Shown here: positions 50,796-64,000 of the stretch, piece by piece
Position numbering within the stretch: the stretch's first letter is position 1
Layout: each line of letters starts with the position of its first letter
Origin: Octopus sinensis
Taxonomy: Eukaryota
DNA length: 64,000 bases
Reading direction: 5' to 3'
NCBI RefSeq assembly: GCF_006345805.1
Contig: NC_043000.1
Span: forward strand, 106,020,001 to 106,084,000
Translations under genes and position numbers: made by a program
Notes under the pieces: model-generated
The model's database searches: none
The model's input: only the letters and a program-made list of their open reading frames with translations
What the model was told of the DNA's origin: nothing

Positions 50796-50887
50796 TTTAT
50801 TTATTAATACCTCTTGCTAAGTAATACATCTTGCTAACCTGACTGGTTAGCAAGAGGAATTACTTACCTACTCCCAAAGAATAATGA

Positions 50888-50934
<47 letters not shown>

Positions 50935-51239
50935 AGTTATTTGACCTTAACCAGTTGAGCATGTCCCTTAGTGGCTGATGATATGTTCATCTCTGATTAC
51001 AAGCAAAGTAGTGGGGGAGCATCATAGCCATGTATTGAGAGGAATTCTTTGGGGTTTGGATAATTCACCTTTGGAAATATGGATATTTCGTTCAACATAC
51101 TTGAGCAACCCTCATTCAGGGACCTTTTGAGTGGTATGGGCTACTCATACAGTAACATCTCTTATCCTTCACTTGCCCCAGGATGCTGGGTGTGTCTTAG
51201 TGAGTAACTGTAACAAACATGCAGATAAAAAGTAAATAA

Positions 51240-51595
51240 TAACAAGGGCACTCAGAGAGTGCAAACCTCCACCAAGGCAACACCAACATCCTCTCAACGA
51301 TTAACCAGAGAGGATTTTTAAAATGAGAATATCTCAAATAAACTCGACTGCTCTTACAAATGAGAATACTAAAAATGGACCTGACCGCTCTCAAAAATTA
51401 AGTAAAAAAACGCAAGAAAAATAATCCAGAGTCCTTGTCCAGTACCAGATCAATCCCCAAATCTAATCAGTTCATGCCAGTCATGAGGCTGAACATCTCT
51501 GAAAGTTTCATCCGAATCCATCTAGCGGTTCTTAAGATATCTTGTCTATGGACAAACAAACACAACTGGAAACAATACTTCCGGCAGTGGTAATA
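51240..51595. repeat. unclassified interspersed repeat (aacaagggcactcagagagtgcaaacctccaccaagg ... ccggcagtggtaataat)
   Basis: Compositionally distinct block with degenerate inverted end motifs; family not identified. Confidence 0.4.
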
Positions 51596-51624
51596 ATAAT
51601 AATAATAGTAATAATAATAATAAG

Positions 51625-52430
51625 ACCACACATTTACTGAAGAAAATAGAGAGTCTATGACAGAAAGGAAGCAGAAAGTCCTGACTAAGCTTGCAGCTGT
51701 AAAACATGCCAATATGCATGATAGAGAACCACTTCATAAACTCTCATATACAATCAAAAATAGAAAACAAATTAAAATTGGAAGCTATGTAACAAAAGAA
51801 ATTATACAAGCTCTATAACCAGATCTCACTGAATTAAGCGAATTTATTTATGCAGTTGCTAAGACAATTGAAATCAGTTGTAATGCCTCTGAAAAAACAA
51901 AGAAATACAAATCTGAGAAGAATTCCAAACTGGAAAAGTAAAATTGAAAAAGAGATTAAAATAATGACAGGTGAAATATTAATATTAAAGGAATTAATCT
52001 GTGAAAATGATGTAAAAACCAGAAAAGGAAGAAAGATAAAGAGAAAACATAGTTTCTCACCAAGAGAAGAAGTGCTTTAAGCTAAAGAAACACTGCAGCA
52101 AAAAGTCCAAGCAAAAGCTCAAGGAATACAAAGATTTGTGAAGAGAAACAAATTTTACAAACAAAATAAGCTTCCCACATCCAATATGAAAACATTCTAC
52201 AGAGAAAAATAGAGAAGGTGAAAATAACTGTTGAAGATCCCACTTCCATGGAAGAAGATGAAAACTTTTGGAAAAATATCTAGAGTGATGAAAAGACTTA
52301 CAATGAAACTACAGGCTGGATTAGACGCACAGAAGGATCCTACCAAAATTTACCAGAACAAACATAGGAAGACATTACAATGGAAGACCAAAGGATGACA
52401 CTCATGAAGGCTCATAAGAGGAAGTGAAAA
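51625..52430 (+). mobile_element. decayed R4/Dong-like retrotransposon, region N-terminal to RT
   Basis: IPNWKSKIEKEIK...KETLQQKVQAKAQGIQRFVKRNKFYKQNKL...ENFWKNI*SDEKTYNET.GWI...QT*EDITME...KAHKRK; preceded by (TAA)n. Confidence 0.75.
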
Positions 52431-52716
52431 GGATTGTCTTAATTGCTATGTCACATGTATTGAGAAGAGCATTGTTGCTGTGAATTTTCTTTTTTTTTTC
52501 CCCTTTATTTTCTTTGTTTACTTTGATATTTAAAAATTTTTTCTTTTTCTCTCTGTCTTTCTTTCCCTTTTTCTCTATCACATGACTTCGTAAATGAACA
52601 ATCTAGGGTGTTTATTTTAATGGCCTACAAATATATACAGTGTGTTTCTCTGCTCTAGGTGTCATGAAGACACTCGGCAAGAAAAAGAAACAGAATTGAA
52701 AGAAGATGATAATGAA

Positions 52717-52779
<63 letters not shown>

Positions 52780-52825
52780 AAGACGAAGAAGAAGAAGAAG
52801 AAGAAGAAGAAGAGAAGAAGAAGAA
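52717..52825. repeat. (AAT)n-(GAA)n trinucleotide tract
   Basis: Direct reading; gives the poly-N/K/R ORF. Confidence 0.9.
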
Positions 52826-54029
52826 GAGGGGAAGGAAAATGCTGATAATGCCTTCTATTTACCATGAGGATAACAGATGAGGGAATATTACATGAACAAA
52901 TGTGGTGGGGGTTTACATTGAAATTAAATGAGAGAAAATGAAGATCAAAATGTAAGTACACCTAGTTTACAAACTTTTGTAATACCCTTACAGAAGAGCT
53001 ATCACTTATTGTTAATCAGGGAATCCCACTGTTTCTTGATTGTACAGCATCTGACAAGACTATAGTTACCAGAATGGTTATTTAGCACATTGCTACATTT
53101 TCAGAATCAGTCATAAATTTTTATTAAAAAGATAAGCTGTTCCTGATAAGGCTTCATCAATTATCCAAGCAAAGACCACCAAAGAGTATTTATGTGTGTG
53201 TGTATAACTGCCCAGTAAAATACCACTGAGAAAAGGGCATTAGTAGCCATGTGTTGGTAAAATTGACAACACAATAGCCAACAGACCATATAATAAACAG
53301 CATGAAACATTCCTCTCCACTAAACAATATAACATACCTTTGAGCTTTCATAAGGAAACAAAGAATTGTTGGAGATTCAGCTGTTAATTTGATTAGACTG
53401 AGCTGTTAAGTTTGGCTTTAACATAGTGCTTCCAGGAACTAGCTTGTTACTGTAGAAAAGGCAACTTGTCCAGACTACTACAGTACATTCTATAAGATAA
53501 ACTACTGTAAATTCATCTGGTAAAGCATGTTCCTCATTTAGGGGAAAGCATGGTATATCTGGAGCAATGGATTTGAAGATCATACCTTGTCAATCAACAA
53601 ACAACCCATACCATAAGTCTGCTTAATCAGAACTGATCCATGGCTATACAAATATTACATGTTTTATTTGGTTTAAGTTTCACCTGAGATGTATTGTACA
53701 TAAAAACTGGGTAGCATAATTTGTTGAATACCAGCAGTCTATCTAGTAAATACTGGCTGTTTGTTTGATTTGGTCAACATCAGCAGTTTATTTGGTCGAT
53801 TGACACATGCAGTTTATTTAGTCAACATTAGAAGTTTATTCAGCTCTAGAAGTTACCATGATTACAATCTAACAATTAGAGTCAACCAAACATCTGTACA
53901 ACACAAGTTAATGCAACAAATAATAAAATACTATGCTACCATTGTCCTAAACATGTAGACTTAAAAAAAAGAAAAAAAATTTTTTTTCTGTTTCAAGTCT
54001 GTTTTGATAATATGCAGCAAATATTACTG

Positions 54030-54440
54030 CTGAATTGTTATATCAGACAAAATGCTTAGTGGCATTTCTTTTGGCTTTATGTCCTAAGTTAAAATGTCTT
54101 CAAGGTTCCCTTTCATCCTTTGGGGGTTGATAAAATAAGTACCAGTTGATTACTGGGTTTGCTGTAATTAACTAAACTCCTCTCCAAAATTTCAGGTCTT
54201 GTGCCTATTGTAGAAAGGTTTATTAATTTGTTTTAAAAAAAGGCGGTGAGTTGGCAGAGTTGTTAGCATGTTGGGCAAAATGTTTAGTGGCTTTTCACCT
54301 GTCTTTACATTCAACTTTGCCTTTCATCCTTCCAGGGTCAATAAAATAAGTACCAATTGAGTGCTGGGGTCGATGTAATTGACTTTCCCCCTCCCTCAAA
54401 ATTTCAGGCCTTGTGCCTATAGTAGAAAGGATTATTATTA
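54030..54440 (+). mobile_element. two adjacent family C SINE copies with (ATT)n tails
   Basis: Both contain caaaatg(c/t)ttagtggc...tttcatcctt...aaataagtacca...ggccttgtgcctat(a/t)gtagaaagg. Confidence 0.75.
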
Positions 54441-54734
54441 TTATTGTTTTTTCCTTCTTTCTTCAAATTAACTTCCGTTTCTCGCCGAGTGTTTTCCATA
54501 CACCTAGGGCAGAGAAGCTCATTGTATGCATTCCCAGATTACATGTGCAAATTCACAGATAAAATATGTATTAAAAAATTAATAAATAAATAAATTCATG
54601 GATGGATGTTGTTTTCACAGCGATAATGCTCTTCTCAGTACATGAGCCGTTCCAGTTAATACGGTTTTTTGCACTTCCTGTAGGAATGGTAAGCCTGGAA
54701 TCATTTTCAAATAGGTTTCAGTACCTTATTATTA

Positions 54735-54778
<44 letters not shown>

Positions 54779-55340
54779 GGTAACTGTAACCAAATGTTAT
54801 GTTTACATCCTAAAAAATTGAGACACGAAGAACTGAATCAGCCTCTATGTAGCTGTCTGATCTGCATAAAAAGATCTGTTAAATCTGTCTCATATCAGAC
54901 TCTTGTCTTAAAAAAGTAGAAACTTTGGACACCACATTTTGAAATTGCTCATAGATACACCAAACCCAGAAAGAAGACATGAATTATTATGACTTGAATG
55001 CTTTTGATCAAAAGTTTGTTCAACCAACAAAGCTATAAAATAATAATTATAACAACATAAAAGGTAAAGTCTTTGAGTGTAGTGAAGATTTTTCAGTCTT
55101 GAGAGGTACATGGCAACCTCATTAGTACTGGTGTCATAATAGTCATAATAATGCACTCAGTGCACTCTGTAAAGTGGTTGGTAATAGGAAGAGCATCCAA
55201 CAAGAAAAATTATGTCAAAAATAAGATGTATGAGTGATACTTAGTCTGCCAACCTATCAATGAGGACAATAACTTCAAATTAGATCTAACTTGGACTGTG
55301 ATAGCCCACCCAACCAATGCCAGCATGAAAAACAAATAGC

Positions 55341-55377
<37 letters not shown>

Positions 55378-56044
55378 AAAAAAATCTCTTAAAATTGAAA
55401 TAAATCAATGTCAGTCTAGAAAAATAACTGACATTGATTCATTTTTCAGGGTAAGACCCACAAAATTAATTAAAGACTTTGATTGATAGTTATGTAACAA
55501 GGTAAACAAATAAGCAATTATTAATACAATCATTTTTAAATGCTGCTGTGGTTTAAGCACCCCTTGGCTTCCCTAGTCAACCTTGATTGAGAAAACTCAT
55601 GATCAAAGACATTTTGGCCATGACCATTCAATCTTTTTAGGAGCATATAGTACCACATTTTGTAATGTGTTCTACCTGTTCTGTTGAAAAACTGCAAGTG
55701 TGATTTGAGAGAGAGATTTGGCTACTGCTTCTACCAGGTTGAGCAATTATGTAGAGGATCTCTTATTGGTTAACCATGATATCATTATTGAATTTCTGTC
55801 ATAACCAGTTATGTATCAACATACCAAAATATAGGTGGTTGCAAGAAGTCATGGCTTCCTTTGCTTAGGTACTAAGGCCTTTTTTTATGCAAAGAGGGGC
55901 TAAACAGGCCATGAAGAGAAAGTCTTTGCATAATTGATTCTTAATATACCCTATGATAATTAAACTATAAAACTGATCTAGTGGGGGTTCCATCTCAGAA
56001 CAGTGATATTTTCTGTCATGTATGTAAGGAGATATATGTATCAG

Positions 56045-56468
56045 CAGTGCTGGATTAATCATTAAGCAAAATAAGCATGTGCTTAGGGCATCAAGGGAAG
56101 TGGGAGTGGGGCACAGCAATGGTAAATGGTTTACAATACAAAAGAAATCACTTCAAACTTGCTAAAATAATATTCAGGATGTCCTATCTCTACAAAGTAT
56201 AGAAACAGATGTGTTATGTAAGATCAGTTTTGAAGATCTGATCAAAGACTTTGCAATTAAAAAAAGTAGGAGAAAACTTCAAATATAAATAAAGTGGAAC
56301 TATACAAAAATAAGCATTATTTTCCAGCTTATTGTTAATTTTGTTTCGTTTTGAAAAATAAAAATCAATTTTAGGGTTTATTATTGTTTATATTTTGAAT
56401 TACATATATATGGAGACACCAAAGTCTTTTAAGCACTTGGGAACTTTGTGAGTCTTAACCCAGCCTTG
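56045..56468 (+). mobile_element. non-autonomous hAT element retaining the transposase C-terminal fragment
   Basis: TIRs cagtgctggattaa / ttaacccagccttg; perfect 8-bp TSD tgtatcag (56037-56044, 56469-56476); internal IETDVLCKISFEDLIKDFAIKKSRRK (hAT dimerisation-domain end). Confidence 0.85.
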
Positions 56469-56534
56469 TGTATCAGTAAACTATTAGATTAACAAACTTC
56501 TTTTCTTATTACAGTATCCCTTTTTAAAGTGTCC

Positions 56535-56574
<40 letters not shown>

Positions 56575-57183
56575 TTAGATGTATGTCTGGAAGCTGTGTT
56601 GTTAACAACATTGTTACAAGTTGATAAAAGTGATGTGATGGCAGAGTGACCCCAACCTGTGCCACTGGAGTCCCCTTGTTGGGTTGGGATTTGGGACTCA
56701 ATTGTGCCAGACTGGCCAATTGTATATTGCCAGTTGCACAGATTGGCAATTGATTAAATCAACCCCACTACTTGACTGATACTTTATTTCATTCACCCTT
56801 GGTGAAAGAAAGGCAGGGTTGAGCTCAGTAAGATCTGAACTTGAATCTTAAAGGACCAAAACAAATACCAGAAGATATTTTATCCAATGTATTAACACAC
56901 ATGCCAATCTGTCACCCTAATTATTAGAGTAACAATATCATAATAATTAATGCCCAGCTATCAACCTCGACACATCATTTTGTAAATGAATTTGTGTAGG
57001 CATATACTTGTTTAGATTTTAATAAAAAGCCTTCCACTACTATTGCTCAGCATGTTGGGAAGGAGAGGTAGGTGAATCTTAATGAATCATTAAATAATAA
57101 TGAAATTCAGTTCAGTTTCCATCCTAGGATACTGAAAATACCTTCATGGAGCCTAATTTTACAGCAACACTAAATACATAGTG

Positions 57184-57661
57184 ATATTACTTCACATATC
57201 AAGGCGGCAAGCTGACAGGACTGTTAGCATACTGTGCAAAATGCTTAGTGGCATTTTGCCAATCTTTCCTTTCTGAGTTCAAATGCTGCCAAGGGTGACT
57301 TTGCCTTTTCTCCTTTCAGAGTCAATAAAATAAGTACTAGTCAAACACTGGGGTTGATGTAATCAATTTACCCTCTCCCTTGAAATTGCTGGCCTTGTGC
57401 CAAAATTTGAAATCAATATTACTTCACATATTAAGACAGCAAGCTGGCAGAACTGTTAGCATGCAGGGCAAAATTCTTAGTGACATTTTGTTTGCCTTTA
57501 CATTCTGAGTTCAAATGCTTTCAAAGTCGACTTTGCCTTTCATCCTTCCAGTGTTATTAAAATAAGAACCAGTTGAGTACTGGGGTTGATGGAATTGACT
57601 AGCCCCCTCCCCCAAATTTCCAGCCTTGTGCCTATGTTAGAAAGAATATTACTTCACATAT
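57184..57661 (+). mobile_element. tandem pair of family C SINEs separated and flanked by an identical 16-mer
   Basis: atattacttcacatat at 57184, 57416 and 57646. Confidence 0.85.
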
Positions 57662-58304
57662 TTATTCCATAACATATTTTTTGATATTAATTACTTTGTA
57701 TAAACATAGTATTTGTGTCTTTCCCCCTTTATTTGGCTTAATCAGAGAAGGAACAGCAGTACCCTTGAACCCTTTCCAGGGACTTTGAGACTGGCTAGAA
57801 GAAATGGAACAGTTATCTTCAAATTTGAGACCTCACCTGAATGTTTGCAACAGAATGGACTCTTCTAAAGTTACCTAAGCTCTAAGTTTAACCAGGTTGC
57901 AGATATTTACCATCCAAGAACCGGTATGATCCCTTCGATGGATTTTCAAACAATTTTCATCTGCCAAATTTTGGTCACCCAAGAGACAGTAATGGAAAAT
58001 GCCTGTCTGAGTTGCCACACAATGGAATTAAACCCCAAGCCAACTAGTTGCAAAGCAGACTTACCAACATAACTATGCTGTCATAGGTTAATGTGTACTG
58101 AATAAATATAATGGGATCAATCAACAGCAATTACAAGCATGTACAACATAAGCATCCATACATATAAATACACACATCTGCATAAACATTCAACAATAAC
58201 AATTGCTTGTATATATGACTATACATAGATTAATATTTTATTGACATTAAATAATAAATACTTATAAGTATATGCACATTAGTCATTAATAAACAGCATG
58301 TATC

Positions 58305-58350
<46 letters not shown>

Positions 58351-58728
58351 ACACACACATACATACCATACATACACATCACACACATATATAAATGCAT
58401 GTAAGAGTGCATATTTTTTGCATGTGCTTGTGTGTGTCTGTTGTATGTGTGCATATATAGTGACCTATTCAAAGTAAACTATGATATTGGCACTATGCAA
58501 AAATCTGTCTTATTAGGCACTGTTCATATCTTGTGAAAGGACAAGTTAAAAAAATTATAAAGCACAACAAATTACATGGAAACAAATATAGAAAACATTA
58601 TGATAAAACACACAATAATTAAAACAAGATATTTATACAAAAAATTAAACCCCCACTTACATTGATGACCATACATTAGCTATTCAGTTAGTATGTTAAG
58701 AGTATTTCCAGATCATTATCCTCTACAT

Positions 58729-58974
58729 CAGTGTTTCCCAACCATGTTTTTGCCTATAGACTGCTTTGATTCCTACTTCACTCTACTGGACCCCCATAGC
58801 CATTTGACTTATATAAAAAAATCCTACTGTATTTTCATTATTAAATATTATTTGGAATTACATTAAAAAAAAATGTGTATTGTAGAAGTATAAGTAATTT
58901 ATTGCTTATAAATTTTAACAACAAAATCTCATGTAGACCCCCAGTGTCATATGGACCTTGGTTAAGAAACAATT
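58729..58974. mobile_element. hAT-Charlie-like MITE
   Basis: Degenerate TIRs cagtgtttcccaacc / ggttaagaaacaatt; TSD not evident. Confidence 0.5.
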
Positions 58975-60734
58975 CCTCAAGCTCAAATGGTAATGGTACC
59001 TAGGTGTTAGGTTTCTACATGCATTCTCCATTGCACTAATATCACTATTCTGGTTTCCACTACCTTCACCTATCCCACTTACTGCATCCTCCTCTGTGCT
59101 CTCAATTTCACTAGCAATAATTTCTTCCAAAAACTCATCAAAATCATATAAATCTAGCAGTCTTCTTTCAATATTACCCTTTATTTCTTCAGTTTTTATG
59201 ATGGTAAACAAGTTCTTTTTCCATATAACACAGATTTAGTGCATAAGTTGGGCTGCACTGATCTCAAACATTATCTTTTCAATCCGAATTTGATGGGCCT
59301 TTTTCTTTTTGCTGTCTTGATGCCATATTTACAAAACATTTCAGTTTCATAGAAGCATTCAAGAGCAACTCTGTTATTGGCTTTTGATCAGCATTTCTGA
59401 CTTGCTCCTTCGTACTTCAATGATTTTTGTCCTGTAATCTAGAGTTGTTTTTGTGTTGTTAGGATCAGTCACAAGATGAAAACCAGTAGGGAACCTGGTT
59501 TTCTACTCTCACTCCAAACCTGCCATACCTGGGTTCTCTAATTGTACCCCTCCATCCCAGGGTTCCCTTCCACTATCCCATAGATTTGGCAGTTTCTTGT
59601 TTCATTATTTCTTTCCATTATTAGCAGAATTAGTTGGTTGGTATAGGGTTATTCTTTTCCAAGTATTTTTATCATAATTTGCACCTGCTCAGTGAGACAG
59701 GACACCAGCACTAGCTAAATCACAACCAAGGCATGCAAAACTTCATTGGACTGGATGGGTTTACAGCACACTTGGATACCAGCCCAACTATTTTTGTGTC
59801 CCCAAACTAATTTCCTTATTGTTGTTTTTGCTGTTCTTGTGTTATTTTTAACGTCATTATTCAGAGATGAATTAACAGAATCAGTACTGTACCAGATAAA
59901 ATGCTGTGCATCCCTTTTTGCTCTAAGTTGGAATGCTGCCAAACTTGATTTTGCCATTCATCTTTCCAGAGTTGATAGATTCATTATTGACTACATTGTT
60001 TTTTTGCCAGAGCTATTCTGATGTAAGAAGGGAATTCTCAAACTGTAATGATATCAGTAATATTAAACTGGTACAATGGATCAATTAGATTCCCTAAACA
60101 ATTTATTTTGATTTGGTGCTATATCTCAAAGAAGTAGGGAGGGGAGGGGATCACATGAAAGAAAAAAAAACAATTGAAACTATCACAAAATATTAATGAT
60201 ATTTATTTGATTGAACTCTGAAGGGATGACAGTCTGTCCCAATATGATCTGAAATTTGGGTTTCTGCTGTTTTCTTATCAATTCTGCATCCTTAAATATA
60301 GTAGAGAAATGACATTGCTGAACAGTTACTTTGGAAGGGTTAACCAGATTTAAAGACAAACCATAGCAAGGATAAGTTGCCATAGCAACAGACTGCTAGT
60401 TATGTTACCTCTATGTGGAGTGTAAATATAATGGAATGTTACAGTTACGAAAATAGTACTGCCTACGTATTATCATAACAAAACATGATACAAAGTGAAC
60501 ATTTGTTTTAAATGTCTGCATACTTGGGAGAATGGTATCATTCTTTTTCATTATTTGTTGCATTAACTTATGTTGTATGGTTGTTTAATTGACTCTTTTC
60601 ATTCTCTGGTAATCATATCCGGTCTCTTCAAGAGCTGAATAAACTGATAATGTTCATCAAATGAGCATTAGATTCAGTTGACCAAGTAAGCTGCTAGCAT
60701 TTACTAAATAAAATCTAGTGTTGACCAAATGAAG

Positions 60735-61100
60735 TGTAGTGACACAGTAGCAGCTACACCTTTCCATAACTGATAATTCCAGCAATTACACACAAAAAAA
60801 AAAACAACCAGACTATCCATTTACTATTAAATTCAGAAGTAACACAGTAGCAGTCACATCATGTGGTTACTAAGTACCACCAAGGCACAAAAGCAGTCAC
60901 ACAATCCAGTAGTTACTAGTCCTAGCAGTAGCACAAAAATAGTCACAGCACCGAAGGGTTACTAATTATTTCCACTATGACACGGTAGCATTTACACAAT
61001 CCAGTGGTGATTGATTATAGTAGAAACACAGAAATAACCACGCCATGCAGTTGTCACTAACTACAGCCATGACACAGAAGCAGTTATGCAATCCACATGT
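60735..61100. repeat. degenerate ~43-bp minisatellite
   Basis: Recurrent acacagtagcagtcacacaatccagtggttactaa-like units. Confidence 0.55.
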
Positions 61101-61144
61101 AAATGGCTGTGTATTTCACAAGCATATAAATTGTTAGTTATAGT

Positions 61145-61468
61145 GAGGGCGCGTGGCTTAGTGGTTAGGGCATTCGGCTCATGATCGTAAGGTTGTGAGT
61201 TTGATTCCCGGCGACGCGTTGTGTCCTTGAGCAAGACACTTTATTTCACGTTGCTCCAGTCCACTCAGCTGGCAAAAATGAGTTGTACTTGTATTTCAAA
61301 GGGTCAGCCTTGTCACTCTCTGTGTCACGCTGATTATCCCCAAGAACTACGTTAAGGGTACACGTGTCTGTGGAATGCTCAGCCATTTGCACGTTAATTT
61401 CACTAGCAAGCTGTTCCGTTGATCGTATCAGCTGGGACCCTCGTCGTCGTAACCGGCGGAGTCTTTTA
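61145..61468 (+). mobile_element. young full-length tRNA-derived SINE (CpG intact)
   Basis: gagggcgcgtggcttagtggttaggg...gtgtccttgagcaagacactt...gttaagggtacacgtgtctgtgg...cgtcgtcgtaaccggcggag. Confidence 0.85.
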
Positions 61469-62109
61469 AAAAAATTGTTAGTTTAATTCTTCTGCAGAAT
61501 TAAGATGACATAATCTGTGACAAGGTTGAACCTCTGAATTGCAGATACAATCCATTCAATGAGCCTCCACTCAGTTTCCATTTACTCAATTTTACTTAAG
61601 GAGCTTCAGTCAACCCTAAAATGTAAGAAATGCATGGTATGGGCTTGTATGTGGGACCCCATGACCTGCAAAACTCCTTACCTTGGAAGAGCCTGGATTT
61701 CATGGAAACCATTGGGTGACAACACTGTTGCAACAACAACAATAACAGCAACAGCAACAAGAACAAGAACAAGAACAACAACAACAACAATAACAACACC
61801 ATATAACTATTATATAAGAAACAAACCTTAAATCACCTCCACCTCCACTCTCACCCCATGTCCCAATCTCTGAATGGAATTCATTAATGGAAAGGATTAA
61901 CTTTGTACTAAATCTGAATTTGGTTGCTGTGTTGCTGTTGTTGTTGTTGTTATCCTGCTGTCTTCTGATTTATTGTCTGCTGATCTTGATATCTGGAGGT
62001 GGAGGGTATGTGTGGGGGAAGAAGGGCTGGGTGAGGATAAGAGGATGCAGAAGGACATGATGTGTGCATATGAAAGATATAGAGAAAAGAAAGTGTTTGT
62101 ATTTTTGAT

Positions 62110-62314
62110 TGAATGAGGAGAAAGAAAGAGAAATGAAAAGGGAGAGAAGTGAAAGAGAAAGAAAACTAGTGTGTGTGTGTGAGAGAGAGAGGGGGAGAGA
62201 GAGAAAGAGAGAGATAGAAAGAGAGAGAGAGGGGGAGAGAGAGTGAAAGAAAGAGAGAGAAAGAGAGAGAAAGAGAGAGTGAGTGAAAGAAAGAAAGAAA
62301 GAGAGAGAGAGTGT

Positions 62315-62348
<34 letters not shown>

Positions 62349-62350
62349 AG
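62110..62350. repeat. (GA)n/(GAAA)n polypurine tract
   Basis: Direct reading. Confidence 0.9.
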
Positions 62351-63158
62351 TTGGGAGATAGCCAAGAGTGGAAGGAATAGTGATGAAGAGTGATAAAACA
62401 TTATAAAAATTTTGCCAGTTCAAATTTAGCTCTTGGAATTTGTATTAAACATCTGATAATGATATTTAGTGAATGGTTTGCTTGAAATGTAGTCGAAGGA
62501 AAGCATAGGAACTTGAATTGGGAGGTTTATATTCTTTACTGGTATTTATATATATGTGTGTGTGTGTGTGTGTAAATACATATTTATAAATCAGCAGATG
62601 TAGGGAATGAAGAAGGTAAATCTGTACTACATATGTTTCCAAGTCAATCTGAACATGTATTTTATGTAACTCAAAGGTATAGCTTATATATTCAGCTTAT
62701 GTTTTCTACAGGACATTTCCCTGTGGGTTGCAAGTTATTGTTCATTTCCTATACCTATCAATTTATAATTGCATTATTAGCAATCTTTGTTGCCAAACAG
62801 TGTTGTATAGTTGTAGTCATCTTATTGAAGACTCGATCAGATTCAATATAGGATGAAGTGTATAACATACAGCAATTAATAAAGTTTGTTGATTATCATC
62901 TGCTTTACATCATCTGTACAGGCTGTATACATGCTTGATGGATTACTAACCACAAGATAATAATAAGTTCAAAATTTGTATTGAACTTCTGCTTTATATG
63001 ATAACACTATATGTACATCTCAGTCCACTTGACTTTCAACAATTAACAATTGTAATTTGAAGTTGAATGGTTAGCAGTAAGAAAGATCTCTAGATTTCTT
63101 AAAAAATTATTGTGCAAAAAATTCTAAGAAAAAGTAATTTTTTCACCACAACAAAATG

Positions 63159-63190
<32 letters not shown>

Positions 63191-63701
63191 TGTTTGTAGT
63201 AACTTGAGCTACTACAAATAGCAGCTAAATCTCTCTTAAAACACACCCTTTCATCAAAAGAAAACACAGATTTACAGTATTTCAGGAAGAACAAAAAAAT
63301 TATGCATTGGGTTTGCTACATGAGAGGCAACTCTGGACTAAACAAAACACAGACAAACATACTTCACATTAAAAGATTATCTACTAAATAATATTAATAA
63401 TATTAATAAAGTTGACGGTATATCTTCGAAGTTTCATTCCCTGGTAAAACTCCTTGTATTTTAAACATTTACTCATTATGCTCTATGTGAGACATAAAGA
63501 TTGCTCAGGCAGGGTTGCCTCCCTTAGCTAAGGACCTTAAGATTGTGCGACCTGATCTCGTTTTCAAGGTTGTTTTTGTAGTAAAAAATAGTTGTACAAA
63601 AAACACACTTTATTTGGTAGCTTAAAGATTACTGAATCTTTTGATACCTCATGCATCAAAATCAGCAACTCAGTTTTTTAATCCATAAGGAACATACACG
63701 T

Positions 63702-63768
<67 letters not shown>

Positions 63769-63960
63769 CTGTTTTATATATTAAGATATATATTATCCAA
63801 AGTGTACAGTATTATATATCCATTATGGCAGATCTTGGATAGCCCAGAGATCAGTCATGATGGATATATAATACTGTACACTTCAGATGATACATCCACT
63901 CTATTGACAGATATATGAATGCATTTTTTCTGACTTATGGACTCTTAGACGACTTACGCG

Positions 63961-63994
<34 letters not shown>

Positions 63995-64000
63995 TGCACA

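Noticed and set aside
55403-55439. 13-bp perfect hairpin (aatcaatgtcagt/actgacattgatt), and similar small hairpins at ~50820-50850
   Set aside because: Short, AT-rich and without functional context; could be chance or a MITE scar.

Overview
AT-rich, microsatellite- and SINE-dense eukaryotic DNA. The repeat landscape looks like a coleoid cephalopod, probably Octopus (inference). The one clear host gene is a GLIS1/3-family (GLIS3-like) C2H2 zinc-finger transcription factor on the minus strand. I assembled nine coding exons by hand, all with GT-AG boundaries and matching phases: 32072-31733, 29249-27733, 21814-21653, 13304-13191, 12940-12805, 11993-11861, 10374-10157, 9260-9042, 6566-6415. They total 2991 nt (996 aa + stop) and encode a Gli/Ci-like N-terminal conserved region, five zinc fingers and the GLIS3-type C-terminal activation motif VDRCSSRLSAVYAEG. 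The rest is introns, 3' UTR and about 32 kb of upstream or 5' intron sequence. That sequence carries several tRNA-derived SINE families, decayed RTE, HERO-like and R4/Dong-like retrotransposon fragments, a mariner remnant, hAT and piggyBac-type MITEs, fold-back elements and degenerate minisatellites. The best leads are: a duplicated hairpin that buries the only canonical AAUAAA signals of the 3' UTR; a candidate microexon and weak splice donor in the last intron, just before the activation-domain exon; an altered SUFU-binding motif (IGH for YGH); a direct repeat bracketing the ZF5 exon; and several intronic dsRNA fold-backs. I found no prokaryotic-type system such as CRISPR.
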